Positions 9,332 to 21,700 of a stretch of DNA of 64,000 bases are shown piece by piece. The position numbers and the translations under genes were made by a program. The stretch covers positions 1-64,000 of the forward strand of contig CAZFHY010000001.1 in assembly GCA_964519305.1 (NCBI GenBank), written 5' to 3'. The notes beneath the pieces are model-generated. The model saw nothing but the letters and a program-made list of their open reading frames with translations. It was not told the origin of the DNA and did no database searches. This DNA comes from Candidatus Undinarchaeota archaeon. GTDB taxonomy: Archaea; SpSt-1190; JASMDC01. The first letter of the stretch is position 1. Every line of letters starts with the position of its first letter.

Positions 9332-12300
9332 ATGGTAAGGGACCCCATCCTTGCTGTCATCCTCGCCACCGTCCTGATGACCGTGACGGGCCTGGGGGCC
9401 ATTGAATGTATCAACAAGGAGTATGCGCCGCCGTGCGATAGTATCGACTGCGATGCCCCGGGCTGGAGGCTCCCCACCGTCGGGTTCGACGATAACGGCG
9501 CCACGACGATCTCGACCGGCACCGTGACCGCGAACGTAGGCCCGGACCAGGTGATGCGCGGGCTCGTCATCGACGGCGGAGAGGTGAAGGTCGACATCGG
9601 TCAGGAAGGTGTCGACCACGTCATGCTAGTCACCGATACAGGGAACCGCATCAAGGTGGCCAAGGACGGGAGCGTGGATATCGAGGACGGGTCCTATACG
9701 CTCACCGACGGTACGCCCATACAGGTCGTAGGCGGTCGCATGCGGCTCACAGAACCACAGGTATTCTCGTCAGGGAACGTGGACGTCACCATCGATAACG
9801 AGGGTGTCGAGTGGATCACCATGAGGACCGACGAGGGCAACCAGGTCACCGTGATGGCGGACGGCGATACTACCTTCGATGACGGGACCTATCGGCTGCT
9901 TGACGGCACCGAGGTACGCATCGAGGGCGGATCGGTCCAGCTCCCTTCCTCAATGGATTTCAGCAGTGATGACAGGACCGTCTCGGTCTCTGTTGGGAAC
10001 AACGGTCTGGACGGTTTCGTTATCGTACCGCCGGGCGGTGGGAGCATCCGCATCGACGACGACGGCGACCTCCGGGCCGATGATGGTGTTTACACGATCG
10101 ACGGCCGGACGGTCCGGACCGTGGACGGCAGACTCCCCTCGGGCACCATCACGCTCGGTCCCGACGCGTCGTTCAATCTGGACTACGACGTTGCGGACCG
10201 GTTCTCCGGTCGCTTCGACGGTCCGGCAGGAGCCATTACGTTCCGGGACGGGCGGCCATCTGGCCGTCTTGACCTCAGCCGCGATGGGCAGGATTTCGTA
10301 CTGGACCTTGACAGGGGTGACGGGTCATTCTCGTTCACAGGTCCAGATGGGGACGTTGCCACATCCTTCGACCGGCGGGGCGTTGTGGGAGGGACCATCG
10401 ACATGGGCGGCGGGGCCCACATCACCATGGGCCAGGGTCCTCTCGGCGGGAACATGGCCATTGACATGAACGTCGATGGGCAGCACATCACTTTCGATCC
10501 CCATCACGGTCCCAGTGGCAAGATAGCTGCGAACAAGGACGGGGCAAATTACGCGATCGACCTCGAGCGTGGCGCCGGCCATGTGAGCCTTGCTGACGGT
10601 ACATTCGACATGTCCTTCGATGCCCCACGGGGCATGATCGATGGCACGATTAATATCAACGAGGACGGTGTCAACGCCGATATCGACCTCACCGGTGCAG
10701 GCCCGCGCGGTCGGATCGACTTCGGGGAGAACGGAGGGGTCACTTTCGGTCCCAACGGCTTCAACGGACAGTTCTCCACCGGAGACGGTGATGGTGGTAT
10801 AGACTTTCAGATGGGGCCCAATGGTCTCAGTGTCACAGGGGACGCCGATGGCAACCAGTTCGACTTCGGCCTCGGCCCAAACGGCTTCACCGGGGGCATG
10901 AACCTCGGAGGCGACAAGGGCGGTGGAGGTGGAAAAGGCTTCGATATCGGCCAGCTCGGTAAGGTGCTCGGCTCCTTCCCCATGCAGGGCGGCGGACAAG
11001 CGTCGTTCACACCTCAGGGGACACAGCTCCAGTACGGGCCCTCCACGGTGAACCTGAACAACGGTGCCATCTCTACTGGAACGACGCCTCCCGATACGGG
11101 GACCGGTACGGGTGCGGACACAGGTCAGGACACAGGCCAGGAGGGCGGTGGCGAGAAGGGTATGAACGTCTGCACGCCCAGGCTGCTCTCCAAACCCCAG
11201 ACCGCTGGCGGCGGTGGCCCGCCCATGGACCCATCGCTCACCGACTGCGATCCCAAGCGGACCGCCACGAACCAGCGGGAGCACGTCGACAAGCTCGTCA
11301 ACGACTTCAACCGCGCCAACCAGTACTACTCCACCATGCTCGCGAACCTCGAGAGCATCAGGAAAGGATTCGAACAGTGGTGCCAGAACTGCCAGAAGGC
11401 GACACAGGATTTCATACAGAAGCGTTACATGCCCTGCGGCGGCAAGCTCGCAATGAATCCCACCCCTGCCAAGGTGGCAGCTGATCCATCGTTCCGCCCC
11501 GAGATATGCGGCGAGTCGGTGAAGACGCTGTGCGCCCCGGACAACAAGGAAACTGCGGAGTGCACCGCAAATACAAAGCCATTGGACAACGCCAAGGCCT
11601 GCCCCCTGTGCCTGACGCTGAACTGCGTGTACGGGGACAAGTGCGAGATAGGGTTCCCTAACAACAAGGGCGCTGGAAAGGAACAGAAGCCCAAGGAGCC
11701 ACCAAAGGAGGAAGAGGGCGGCGGCGAGAAGGGCAGCGAGGACGACGAGAAAGCCAAATCGGAGGCATGCGGTGCCCAGAGCGAACAGCAGCCTCCCGGT
11801 GGACAACAGCCCCCGGGCGGCCAGCAACCTCCCGGTGGACAACAGCCCCCGGGCGGCCAGCAACCTCCCGGAGGTCAGCAGCCCCCTGGCGGTCAGCAAC
11901 CTCCCGGCGGACAACAGCCAGGAGGCGGCGGTCTGCCCTTCGATCCTAGCAGCCTGATACCTAAGGAGGAAGAAAAGGAGGACGAGCCCGAGCCGACGCC
12001 CCCGCCGACGCCCGAACCCGAGACAGACGAGCCCCTGGACGAAGTGCCGCCCGAGGAGGACCCCCTCGAGGAGCAGGACGAGAACGTCGAGTCGTCATGC
12101 ACGTGCGACGGGACCTACGAGCCGGTGTGCGGTACCGATGGGCGTACCTATATCAACCGGTGCATCGCCGGGTGTTTCAAGGTCGAGGTGGCCCATGACG
12201 CGGCATGCGACGAGTGGTGCGAGACCGACGCGGACTGCATCCCTGAGCGCTGCTGCGCGACCGAGACCAAGTGCGTGTGCGTAGCCAACCGGTGCCAGCG

Positions 12301-15300
12301 AGGCTTCAGGGCCGAGATGGCACCTGTCACGACCATGGCCCGCTCCCTATCGCTCGGGGCCGGGTTCGGAGGCTTCCTGCCTGCATCGGACGCCTCGTGG
12401 GACGAGCTGGTAAGGAGGCCTGCCCGTGGCGGGCTCGAGGGCGCTGACTCTGGCGGTGACGCTTCAAAGTGCCTCAAGGAGGAGGAGCAGAAGAACGCCT
12501 GCAACAGCAACGGCCAGGAGGACAGCTTCGAGGAGAAGGTCAAGGAGGATGGCAAGAACTCCGAGGACCTGGGTGTCAAGGGGTGCGAGACCAAGGGCGC
12601 TGGTCCCCAATGCACGAAGGCGGCCGACTGCAAGAAGTGTAGCACCTGTACCAAATGCTCCAAGGGCGGATGTAATAATTGCAAACAGAAGGTCAAGCAG
12701 GCAGAAACGCCCAAGGGCAAGGTCAAGGAGAAGGGCGCATGCCCGAAGCACCTATGCTGCGGTCCCGGGTTCAAGTGCCAGGACAGGAACAAGGTCACAT
12801 GCACGAAGTGCGGGACGACCAAGAACCGGAAGGACAGGATCACCTGCCAGCTCGAGACCCATACCTGCTCATATGTCACCCAGGCCACGCTGGTCACCAA
12901 GAAGACGCAGAACTCCCTACCATCACCTGGTGGCGTCCAGGAGTGCGCCCAGAACGTGGCAGACCTCAAGGACGTGTGCACCGTGGAGGGCTCCGAGGTC
13001 CTAGGCGGGAACACGCTCGATCCATGTGCCGTGAGCATGCAGCTGGGTATGATCATAGGCCAGCTCCAGGACCTGGTCACCCGCATGGGCGCATCTTCGA
13101 ACGAGCTCAAGAGCATCTCGTCGCGCCTCGGAGCAGAGCACTCCCAGGGATTCTCGGACAGGAAGACCGACGACATCAAGGGGAGCGTCAGCGAGATCGG
13201 CCAGGTGCTCGGGGGAGCACAGGCCGACGTGACCTTCCAGAACCGCCTGGCGAACTTCATCAAGCTCTTCCAGGACCAGAAGTTCCGCTCCGACATCACC
13301 GCCAACGCCAACCATCCTGCACCCAAGTTCACCATGGAGACCAAGGCCGAGGGGAGCCCTGCAGAGGGCATCTGGAAAGGCTACTGCAAGGAGTACGATC
13401 TGTGCGGCAAGTGCCAGGACCAGGACACGCCCGCCGGCTGCCTCGCTCCCACGTCTAAGAAGAGCTTCAAACGGATTAACGACGACTACCGCGGGCGGTG
13501 CGACACTCCCGAGTCCAAGGGAGCGGTCACGGAGCGTTCCTTCGACATCTGGCAGAACACCGCTGCCATCGACAACTTCGCTGGCATCAGTCCCGAGGAG
13601 GACCTGTTCATCGACACAGCGGACTGCTACGGGTACGACGCGCTGCCAAAGGCAGAGCAGCAACAACCGCAGCAGCCCCAGAACGACACGCAAGAGGAGA
13701 AGCCGCAAGAGGAAGAACCGAAGGAAGAGGAGAAGCCCGAGGAGGAGGAGGAGAAGCCTGAGGAAGAGGAGGTCCCCGAGGAGGAGGAACCGCTCGAGGA
13801 AGAGCCTCCCGAAGAAGAGGAGGAGTCGCATCCTGCCTGCACGGCCGCCTGCCGGACCTGCTTCGGTATCGACCGCTCCCACTGCCACGCACATCTGGGG
13901 ATCTGCGTTTGCGAGGCGGGAGGGAGATGGATGCTCACTTCACAGGCCTGTGAACCGGAGGTCATTCCGGACGCTGAGGAGCTCTCTTGCTGTGAGAACC
14001 TGTTCGGTGTCGGGGCGGAGAGCCTGGACATCTCCTCGGATGAACAGTGCGCTGGCCCGACGATCAAAGGGGCCACTGCGGACCGATGTGCCGAGGGCGG
14101 TGGCCTGTGCTGCAAGTACCGGTTCCAGGAGCTTTCCATAGACAAGCACTGTGGGGAGATCGATCCTGAGGATATCGATGATTGCGACGACATGTGTCTG
14201 GCCATCTTCGACCGGGAGACGGCCGACTGGTGCACTGAGCGCTGTCCTACCATCGAGCTGTCCTGCGAGCAGGAGTGCCTGCGCCAGGGCACTGACCTCG
14301 CATGCCTGGAGGGGTGCGATCCGCCCTCCGTCCACTGCATGCGCATCTGCCTCGACGCACACCCCGACAAGGACGAGGCGTGCATACGAGCGTGCAAGGC
14401 CGCGGCCCCAGAGGGCGAAGCAACGGCCGAGCTCACTAGGCCTGGTGCTGAGAACGTCGCCGGTCAGGTGTTCGCAGATGGTGACGAAGTGGAGGTCGGC
14501 GGTATCGTGAACAACACAGGGAAGGTGCCTCTCGTGGGTACGGGCCGCCTGTCCCTGGTCACTCTGAGCGACTGCGCATGTCAGGGCGAGGGCTGTGCGT
14601 GCGAGGAGAAGCTCACCCTGCTCAAGGAGTTCCCTGTCCATCTGGAACCGGGCGAGGGCCTGGACATACCGACGATGGCGACCGCGATCGAGGGCGTCGG
14701 CGCCTCGGTACAGACCCTGGTCGAGGTAGTGGACGACGAAGGCAACGTCCTGTTCTCCCAGCGAAGTCCCATCGCCCATATCGTGGACCCCGGTGCTATC
14801 ACTGTACGGGACGCCTACTTCGTAGGTCCCGGCGGCAGGACCGCGGAAGCGTACCCCGGTACCGACCTCTCGGGGGCAGTGACACTCGAGTCGGTCACCT
14901 ACCCCGTGATGGTGGAGCTCTCGTTGATGAAGGGCGGCTCGGCCCTAGACGGTTCTCCGGCCTCCTACACGCTCACCGGACCCACGGGCGACAATCCCCT
15001 GACCACCGGTGCGTTCACACCGACCGACGAGGATATCGGAGCGGTCATCCGCATCCGTGTAACGGTCCGGGACGCCGGGGGCGCGGTGCTCCTGGAACGG
15101 ACCCTCGAGGAGCAGGGGATGGACGCGGAGGCGTGCGGGAGCGAGATGACCGAGTGGTGCCTCACTGAGCTGGGAAAGGTACGGCCCAGCTACCCGGCGG
15201 CCTATGCCGAGGTGCGCAGATTGAGGCTCTACGTCAAGGACGCCGCCTTCATGAACTTCGACGGGCGACGTATCGACACCGTGTACGGCTCGGCCGACAT

Positions 15301-15757
15301 CGTGGCGGTCGTGTGGTTGCGGAACCTTCTCACGGTCCCATTCTCGGGCAATATCGTGGTGAGAGTGGTGAAGGAGGACGGTACGACCACCGCGTCCCAG
15401 GAGGTCTGGGCCACGGATGAACGGATGCTGGACCGGGGTGATGAGTCGACGGTCCAGATGGAGGCCTTCGGTGTTGAGCCACCGACCGTGTACGGCCTCT
15501 GGGTGACCGCCACTGACGACACAGGAGGCATATGGCTCGATGAGGTCGTGAACGTCGAGACGTTCCCCCACGCCCGTCTGGCCGTGGCTTCACGTGATCC
15601 GTCGGGGACCGGCTCGTCAATCGACACGGTCATAGGGATAGGCTCGTGCCAGCTCAGGGTGACCTGTGAAGGTTGTTCATCCCTGTGCGAACTGCATGTG
15701 AACCCGCAGACGTGCGCGCTCGAACCGTATAATTGTGACTGTGACTGCATATATTAG
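9332..15757 (+). CDS. Giant secreted Cys-rich protein 1 (Gly-rich beta repeats, Kazal-type module, helical and Ig-like C-terminal regions)
   Basis: Signal peptide; DGxYxLxDGT repeats; CTCDGTYEPVCGTDGRTYINRC at 12098-12208; ends NCDCDCIY; no C-terminal TM. Confidence 0.85.
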   Translation: MVRDPILAVILATVLMTVTGLGAIECINKEYAPPCDSIDCDAPGWRLPTVGFDDNGATTISTGTVTANVGPDQVMRGLVIDGGEVKVDIGQEGVDHVMLVTDTGNRIKVAKDGSVDIEDGSYTLTDGTPIQVVGGRMRLTEPQVFSSGNVDVTIDNEGVEWITMRTDEGNQVTVMADGDTTFDDGTYRLLDGTEVRIEGGSVQLPSSMDFSSDDRTVSVSVGNNGLDGFVIVPPGGGSIRIDDDGDLRADDGVYTIDGRTVRTVDGRLPSGTITLGPDASFNLDYDVADRFSGRFDGPAGAITFRDGRPSGRLDLSRDGQDFVLDLDRGDGSFSFTGPDGDVATSFDRRGVVGGTIDMGGGAHITMGQGPLGGNMAIDMNVDGQHITFDPHHGPSGKIAANKDGANYAIDLERGAGHVSLADGTFDMSFDAPRGMIDGTININEDGVNADIDLTGAGPRGRIDFGENGGVTFGPNGFNGQFSTGDGDGGIDFQMGPNGLSVTGDADGNQFDFGLGPNGFTGGMNLGGDKGGGGGKGFDIGQLGKVLGSFPMQGGGQASFTPQGTQLQYGPSTVNLNNGAISTGTTPPDTGTGTGADTGQDTGQEGGGEKGMNVCTPRLLSKPQTAGGGGPPMDPSLTDCDPKRTATNQREHVDKLVNDFNRANQYYSTMLANLESIRKGFEQWCQNCQKATQDFIQKRYMPCGGKLAMNPTPAKVAADPSFRPEICGESVKTLCAPDNKETAECTANTKPLDNAKACPLCLTLNCVYGDKCEIGFPNNKGAGKEQKPKEPPKEEEGGGEKGSEDDEKAKSEACGAQSEQQPPGGQQPPGGQQPPGGQQPPGGQQPPGGQQPPGGQQPPGGQQPGGGGLPFDPSSLIPKEEEKEDEPEPTPPPTPEPETDEPLDEVPPEEDPLEEQDENVESSCTCDGTYEPVCGTDGRTYINRCIAGCFKVEVAHDAACDEWCETDADCIPERCCATETKCVCVANRCQRGFRAEMAPVTTMARSLSLGAGFGGFLPASDASWDELVRRPARGGLEGADSGGDASKCLKEEEQKNACNSNGQEDSFEEKVKEDGKNSEDLGVKGCETKGAGPQCTKAADCKKCSTCTKCSKGGCNNCKQKVKQAETPKGKVKEKGACPKHLCCGPGFKCQDRNKVTCTKCGTTKNRKDRITCQLETHTCSYVTQATLVTKKTQNSLPSPGGVQECAQNVADLKDVCTVEGSEVLGGNTLDPCAVSMQLGMIIGQLQDLVTRMGASSNELKSISSRLGAEHSQGFSDRKTDDIKGSVSEIGQVLGGAQADVTFQNRLANFIKLFQDQKFRSDITANANHPAPKFTMETKAEGSPAEGIWKGYCKEYDLCGKCQDQDTPAGCLAPTSKKSFKRINDDYRGRCDTPESKGAVTERSFDIWQNTAAIDNFAGISPEEDLFIDTADCYGYDALPKAEQQQPQQPQNDTQEEKPQEEEPKEEEKPEEEEEKPEEEEVPEEEEPLEEEPPEEEEESHPACTAACRTCFGIDRSHCHAHLGICVCEAGGRWMLTSQACEPEVIPDAEELSCCENLFGVGAESLDISSDEQCAGPTIKGATADRCAEGGGLCCKYRFQELSIDKHCGEIDPEDIDDCDDMCLAIFDRETADWCTERCPTIELSCEQECLRQGTDLACLEGCDPPSVHCMRICLDAHPDKDEACIRACKAAAPEGEATAELTRPGAENVAGQVFADGDEVEVGGIVNNTGKVPLVGTGRLSLVTLSDCACQGEGCACEEKLTLLKEFPVHLEPGEGLDIPTMATAIEGVGASVQTLVEVVDDEGNVLFSQRSPIAHIVDPGAITVRDAYFVGPGGRTAEAYPGTDLSGAVTLESVTYPVMVELSLMKGGSALDGSPASYTLTGPTGDNPLTTGAFTPTDEDIGAVIRIRVTVRDAGGAVLLERTLEEQGMDAEACGSEMTEWCLTELGKVRPSYPAAYAEVRRLRLYVKDAAFMNFDGRRIDTVYGSADIVAVVWLRNLLTVPFSGNIVVRVVKEDGTTTASQEVWATDERMLDRGDESTVQMEAFGVEPPTVYGLWVTATDDTGGIWLDEVVNVETFPHARLAVASRDPSGTGSSIDTVIGIGSCQLRVTCEGCSSLCELHVNPQTCALEPYNCDCDCIY
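11786..11926 (+). repeat. 18-bp coding tandem repeat, (QQPPGG)x7 plus a partial unit
   Basis: CAGCAGCCTCCCGGTGGA-type units with synonymous variation. Confidence 0.95.
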
Positions 15758-15764
15758 GGGGTAT

Positions 15765-18700
15765 TTGGTGGGAGCTGTCAATAGGCGGCGGAAGTGGTTC
15801 CGCGAAGCGGTGCTCAGCTGTGCCTTCAGCCTCCTCCTCCTTCTAGTACCGGCCCTAGGGCTGACGCAGTGCGTCAACCGTGATTACGGTCCGCCATGCC
15901 AGGGCCTTGATTGCTCCCCGGACCGCGCGGGTGAGCCCCCGAACGTACATCTCGACCTCGACGGTACAACGACCATCTCGGACGGCGTGGTCACCACGAC
16001 GGTCGGTCCCGACCGCACGGTCCGTGGGTTCATTATCGACGGGGGAGACGTCCGTGTGGACGTCGACCATGAGGGCGTGGACACCGTCATGCTCGCGACC
16101 GAGAGCGGCCACCGCATCCGTGTCGAACGTGACGGATCAGTCAATATCGAGGACGGTTCCTACGTGCTCACCGACGGCACCGCTATCCGCGTCGTGAACG
16201 GGCGTATGTCGCTCCTCGATCCCCAGACGTTCACATCGAGGGATGTGAGCGTCACCATCGGTAACAAGGGCATGGAGACGGTCGCCGTTGTGAGCGATGA
16301 GGAGAGGCGGATCGATGTCTCAGCGCACGGCGAGGCCACTTTCGAGGACGGTACATACCGGTTCATGGACGGCACCGAGGTGCGCATGGAAGGCGGGTCC
16401 CCACAGCTCCCTGTCGATATGGTGTTCACGAGCGATGACGGATCGGTCACTCTCTCCATCGGGAACAACGGACTCGGTGACGTACTGCTGGCGACGCCGG
16501 AGGGCGGTGAGGTGCGTCTCGGTCCGTCCGGCGAGCTCCAGGCCGCCGAAGGCAGCTACACACTGGACGGTGACCGTCGCTGGACGCTAGGGGGTACCCT
16601 CCCCGAGGGCACGCTCAGCCTTGGTGACGATGCATCGATGGAGATCGAGTACGACGTGGCCGACAACTTCGCCGGACGTGTGGAGACCCCCGCGGGCTCG
16701 TTATCATTTCAGGACGGTAAACCCACAGGCCGGCTCAAGCTAAGACGCGAGAGCAAGGAGTATATCGTGGAGCTCAAGGAGGGCGACGGCACGCTCGCGT
16801 TCTCAAAGGACGAAGAACAGTTCTTCACGGACTTCGACCGCCGCGGGATTATCGGTGGGACCCTGGACATGGGCGAAGGGACCAGCCTCCGTATGGAGCG
16901 GGGACCGTTGGGGAGGACCACCGTGCTCTCCATGGACGTCGGCGACCAGCAGCTCACCTTCGATGCCACGCGGGGACCGAGCGGCGCCTTGGCAATAAGC
17001 AAGGACGGTAACTCGTACGCGCTCGACCTGTCCGATGGTATCGGCAGCGTCCAGCTCTCTGACGGGGCGTTCGGCATGTCCTTCGATCCCAGCGGTCTGT
17101 CCGATGCATCGATCCAGATCAAGGACGATGTCACGGTTGACCTGGACCTCGACCGGGGTACCGGTGCGTTCGATGCAGGCATCGGGTACAAGGGTGGTGA
17201 CGTCCGGTTCAGTCCCGACGAAGGTTTCTCCGGGAGCTTCTCCTTCGGCGAGGGCGACGGGAAGGTCGACGTGGAAATGGGCAACGGCGGTATCGGCGTC
17301 ACAGGTGGTGGCGGTGGAGGCGGGGGCGGCCAGGGTTTCGACCTCGGTTTCGATCCTACCAAGGGTTTCACGGGTGGAATGGACTTCCCCGGCGGGAACG
17401 GGAACCTGCAGTTCGGTGGCGACGGCCTAACCGGTAACGTCAACACGCCATTCGGTACGGCCAAGTTCGGCCCCCAGGGCATCGACATGGGTTACGGTGG
17501 CGTTTTCAACATGAACGTCGCACCCGACGGTGCGATGACGCCCAGTCTTTCGACAGCGGCCGAGGGTGCCGGTGAATCAGCGACGAGCGGCAAAGCGACG
17601 AACATCTGCACCCCCCGCCTGCTAAAGGAGACCACCGTCAGCGGTGGTGGCGGGCCTCCTCTCGACCCATCCCTCACCGACTGTGACCTGAGCCAGACGG
17701 CAACCAATCTGCGCGAACATGCCGATAACCTCATCAACGACTTCACCCGGGCGATCGAGTACTACTCCGCCCTGGTCACCAATCTCGAGACCATGAAGGG
17801 CGGTTTCGACCAGTGGTGTTCGAACTGTATGCAATCGGTCTCAGGGTTCATGGCCAAGGGGTACGTACCCTGTGGCGGTAAGCTCGCACCACCGCTCACG
17901 CCCGCATCGATCGCTGCGGACCCCGGGTTCCGACCGACCATCTGTGCTGCAGCGGCGATGGAGAAGTGTCCGCCCGGAGCGGCGCAGACGGCCCAGTGCA
18001 CGGCATCGTCCATGCCCAATCCCCTGGCCAAGGCATGTCCCCTCTGCCTGACGCTCAACTGCGTGTACGGGCACGAGTGCAAGATAGGCTTCCCCAATCC
18101 CGCGGCTGCAGGATCATCGGCGCAGGGAGAAGCGGGCGGCGCCGCAGCCGCCCAGGGCGCGGGCGGCAAGGCCGCGTGCGGAGCACAAGGCGCGGCCGGT
18201 GCAGGAAGTCTGGGCGGGCTGGGTGACGCGCTCGGTGGGATCGGCGACGCCCTGGGCCAGGCCAAGAGCATGATGGACAAGGCCAAGAGCTTCATGCCCG
18301 GTGGCGGTCAGCCCGGAGGAGGTCAACCGGGCGGTGGACAGCCCGGAGGGGATCAGCCGGGAGGAGGTCAGCCCGGTGGTGGCCAGCCTGGAGGAGACCA
18401 ACCGTCCGGCGGTGAGCAGCAGCCACAACAGCCCGGATCGTCCGATAATCCCAACCCTACATGTTCCTGCAGCGCCGAGGAGGCTCCCGTCTGCGGTACA
18501 GATGGGCGGACCTACTTCAACCGCTGTCTGACAGGATGCTTCGGTATAGAGGTAGCGCACGAGGGAGAGTGCGAGACGTGGTGCAATACGGATGCGGACT
18601 GTATCCCCGACCGATGCTGCACGACCGACACCCGGTGCACGTGCGTCAACAACCGATGCCGCTCGGGCATGCGCGCGACGCTGGCGCCCCTGAGCACGAT

Positions 18701-21700
18701 CGCCCGGGCCACACCGATGACCGCAGGGTTCGGCGGTCTGTACAGCACGATCGTCGAGGAATGGCGGTCGCTCCCGGAACGGCCTGCCACTGTAGAGCTC
18801 CAGGGCGCAGGCCAGTGCATCCCATTCCAGGGCAAGACATCGTGCAACAGCGGTGGGGCACCGGATGTGTACGACGTACCCCCTCCCCCAATCGGCAGCA
18901 ACATGAACGACCTCGGCGTCAAGGGGTGCACCACCAAGGGCGCACCGCAGATGTGCTCGGTCCCCGACTGCATCAAGTGCCAGACGGACTGCCAGGGAAA
19001 ATGCAAGGAAACGGCCGGATGTCCGATGTGCAAGGCGCTCATCAAGGCTATCGAGGCGCCGAAGCGCAACCCGCCCATCATGGGGGCCTGCACGAACCAT
19101 CATTGCTGTGGCCCTCCCTTCAACTGCCAGGACATGAACAAACCGGTCGGTTGCCCGCCATGCAAGTTCTGTGGTGTGCCCCCGACCCCATGCATGTGGC
19201 TGGTAGCAGGTTGTGCTCCCGAGACCCACGACTGCGCCGACGTCACCCAGGCCACCCTGGTCACCAAGATGAAGCAGAACTCCATCCCGTCACCGGGCGG
19301 GGTCCGGGAATGTGAGCAGAACGTGGCGGACCTCAAGGACGTGTGCACCGTCGAGGGCTCTCCTGAACTGGCCTCCGGCATGCTCGATCCATGCGCGGTC
19401 GGAATGCAGCTCGGGATCGTCATCGGAGAGCTGCATGACCTCATCCAGCGCATGAGCCAGGCGGTCGGCACCCTCAGCCAGGTCTCAGGTCGGTTGGGTT
19501 TCGAGCACTCTCAAGGCTTCTCTGACCGCCAGGCGGCCACCATCGAGTCCAGCATCCAGGAGATCAGTTCCGTACTGGAGGGCGCGAGCGCCACAGTGGA
19601 CTTCCAGGTGCGTCTCGCCAACTTCGTCCGTCTCTCCCAGAACCAGGAGTTCAACAAGGACATCATGTCCGATGCCAGCTTCCAGGCCCCCAAGTTCGAC
19701 ATCCTGCCCAAGGCCGAGGGATCTCCCGCCCAGGGTATCTGGAGCGGCTACTGCACAAACTACGACCTTTGCGCCGCTTGCACGGACAAGCCCACTCCCG
19801 CGGGATGCCTGGGACGCACGTCAAAGACGAGCTACAAGCCCAACGACCTCGACTACCGGGGCAGGTGCATGTCCAAGCAGAGCTCATCATCCATCACCGA
19901 GCGCTCGTTCGACATCTGGCAGAACAAGGGCTCAGTCGACAACCTTGCTTCCATCGATGCCGAGGAGGACCTCTTCATCGACATGATGGACTGCTACAAG
20001 TACGACGCTCTGCCCCAGGCGGAGCAACCGCAGCCGCCCGGTGGTCAGCCGGGTGGCGGCCAGCCCGAGGAGGAACAGCCCGAGGACGAGATGCCGCCCC
20101 CCGAGGATGAGCCCGATGCCGGATGCGTGTCCGTGTGCAAGGGATGCTATGGTGTGGACAGGACACACTGCCACCAGCATCTTGGCGTCTGTGTCTGTGA
20201 GGCCGGGAAAAGGTGGTTCCTCACGTCGCGGTCGTGCGAGCCCGGCAGCGGAGTCAGTGATGACGACCTTGCCTGCTGCGCGCAGGCCTTCTCCGTGGGG
20301 GCCGAGGTCCCTGACACGACCTCCGGCGAGGTGTGCTCGGGTCCGGTAATCCGCGGGATCACCGTGGACCGTTGTATTGATGGTTCAGGACCATGCTGCA
20401 AGTACCGGTTCCAGGAGGTACCCTTGGCAGGTCTCTGCGATGCTCCCGACGACGGGGATGATACCGGGGAACCCGGCGATGAGCGCACGTGCGATGCTAC
20501 GTGCAAGACCATCCTTGACCGGGACACGGCCGAGTGGTGCGTCCGGCGATGCCCTGACGTGGAGCTTACCTGTGCCCAGGAATGCTTGCGAGGACCATCT
20601 TACACGGAATGTCTAGCCGACTGTTCGCCCGCTGCAGCGGACTGCATGACAAAGTGCATGGACGAGCCCGGGAGCAGTGAGAACTACTGTGTGCGCACCT
20701 GTACTGGGGAGTCGCCGTCGGGTGATGCCGAGGTCTTCGTGGGACGCCCCGGTGGCCCGTCCATCGCAGGCCAGGTGTTCGCCTCGGGAGATAGCGTGCA
20801 GGTGGGCGGTGTGGTCAACAACACCGGCGATATCCCAATAGAGGGCATGGGCCGTCTCTCCCTGGTCACCCTGACCGATTGCGATTGCGAGGGCGCGGGC
20901 TGTACGTGCAGGGAGGAGGTCAAGCTCCTCAAGGAGTTCCCCGTGCGGCTGCGACCCGGAGATGACCTCGAGATCGACGAAGTGTCCACTTTCCTTGAGC
21001 AGGCCGATACATCGGTACAGGTCCTTGTCGAGGTCGTGGACGAGGACGGAAGGGTCGTACTCTCCCGCCGCAGCTCCATATCTCATGTGGTGTCCCCCGG
21101 TGCGATCGCTGTGCGGGACGCTTACTTCGTCGGCCAGGGTGGGAGGACCGACAAGACCTATCCGGGCGCCTCAATCGCCGGCGCTGTGACCATCGAGTCG
21201 ATCGTCCATCCTATCACGGTCGTGGTCTCTCTGGTGAAGGGCGACCTCCAGGTCATCGGGACTTCGACGGCCTACACGCTCAACGAACCGACCGGCGATA
21301 AACCGCTCCTCTCGGACACCTACACGGTCCTTGACGGGGATGTCGGTAAGCTGCTCCGCATCCATGTCGTCGTCCGGGATTCGGGCGGTGCAGTGCTCCT
21401 TGACAGGACCCTTGATGAGCAGGGCATCAATACTGATGTATGCGGCAACGAGATGACCGAGTGGTGCCTCACCCAACTGGGGAAGGTGCGACCGAGCTAC
21501 CCTGCCGCTTTCGCGGAGGTGCGCAGGCTGCAGCTCGAAGTGCGGGACGCCGCTTTCATGAACTTCGGCGGACGTCGTATCAGTACCGTGTACGGTTCGA
21601 CCGATATGGTCGCCATCGTGTGGTTGCGGAACCCGCTCACCGTCCCGTTCTCAGGGCAGGTCATCGTACGCGTGGTGAAGGAGGATGGTACCACCGCTGC

